Source: Eledone cirrhosa (Eukaryota). Taken from it: a DNA stretch of 64,000 nt. Under the pieces are notes generated by a model that made no database searches, had not been told where the DNA came from, and saw only the letters and a program-made list of their open reading frames with translations. Positions 62,991-64,000 of the stretch are shown piece by piece. How positions within the stretch are numbered: the stretch's first letter is position 1; the number at the start of each line of letters is the position of its first letter. A program made the position numbers and the translations under genes. The stretch lies in contig OZ024750.1 of assembly GCA_964016885.1 (NCBI GenBank), forward strand, positions 36,952,001 to 37,016,000, read 5' to 3'.

Positions 62991-63727
62991 TCATCATCAT
63001 CATCATCATCGTTTAACGTCCATCTTCCACGCTTGCATGGGTTTGGACGGGAATTTTCCCACTTGAGGCAAGATTGGTTGACTTGCTCGTATAGGACTGT
63101 CTGGCGGGTTTTCTACGGCTGGATGCCCTTCCTAACACCAACCACATTTACAGTGTGGACTGGGAGGTTTTTACCGTGTTACCTACACGGCCACATTACA
63201 GCGTGGACTGTGTGTTTTTTTGTCGTGACACCTACACGACTTCATTTGTTTCAGCCTGGATGTTGTGGAACCAACATAACTTTACATTGAAAGGGGTGGT
63301 GTGGATGGGGTGGGGCTAGTGGGACGGGGTGTATTTTTGTTAGAGGTGCCTACTGACTGTAGGTTTCGCTTTGTACTTAGGCAAGGTGGGTCTTCTGTAT
63401 TACTGTGTAGCGCCAAAGATCTCAGTCCAGTGACATTGTCTTGGATAGGTGTAAGTGTGTGAGGTCGGAATTTATCACGTCGTCCCAGGTTTTTCTGGGT
63501 CTGCCTACTCCGTGGCTACCGTCTATTTTTATTGCCCTGCACTTTTTTATACAGCTGTCGTCTTTCATGCGCATCACGTGACCGTACCAACGTAGTCTTC
63601 TCTCGAGTAAACAACATCTGATCCCTCTTATTCCTAATTTCTCCCTTAGTTCATTTATGCTTTGCCGTTCACGTATATTACTATTACACATCCAGCGGAG
63701 CATGCAAGCTTCGTTCTTCTCCAGTCT
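62991..63727 (-). mobile_element. RTE LINE 3' fragment
   Basis: RLEKNEACMLRWMCN...RRLRWYGH...GRPRKTW plus UTR and (CAT)n tail. Confidence 0.92.
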
Positions 63728-63938
63728 GCTGGCCACACTGGTGTTACTATAGAGAGTACCTAGTCCACCCTGTAAGGTAGCCACACTGGTGTTGCTGTAA
63801 AGAGCACCTAGTCCACCCTGTAAGGTAGCCACACTGGTGTTGCTATAGAGAGTACCTAGTCCACTCTGTAAGGTAGCCACATGTAAAATATAGCTAAAAA
63901 AGACGATATTATATATAAACTCTATTACGGTGAAATAT

Positions 63939-64000
63939 AATTGTTTCTACTATTGGCACAAGGCCAGCAATTATCCCAGTGTATTACTGGTACTTTATTT
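63939..64000 (-). mobile_element. SINE S1 tail, runs off the window
   Basis: AATTGTTTCTAC...GGCACAAGGCCAGCAATT...TTACTGGTACTTTATTT. Confidence 0.85.

Overview
AT-rich, repeat-saturated eukaryotic DNA. Its repeat families resemble those of octopus/cephalopod genomes (inference). I found no confidently supported host gene. Almost all long ORFs in the track are artefacts of microsatellites, satellites or decayed transposons. Contents: a 33/30-bp minisatellite (1-4578) whose length variants all keep the reading frame, a 13-bp satellite (~4 kb), many tRNA-derived SINEs, RTE, Tx1/L1-like and CRE-like LINE fragments, a Rep-deleted Helitron, hAT/piggyBac/pogo MITEs, solo LTRs and a 200-N gap. The main result is at least six sequence-distinct Penelope-like or retrozyme-like families, each carrying a type I hammerhead ribozyme, complete or partial. 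Nearly all copies sit at (TA)n microsatellites and many have inverted 5' duplications. They include a U3-A8 compensatory core variant with a long stem II, a recurrent U-U pair closing stem II, and a terminally redundant 519-nt non-coding monomer that may derive from a circular RNA. All ribozyme folds were derived by hand and are untested.
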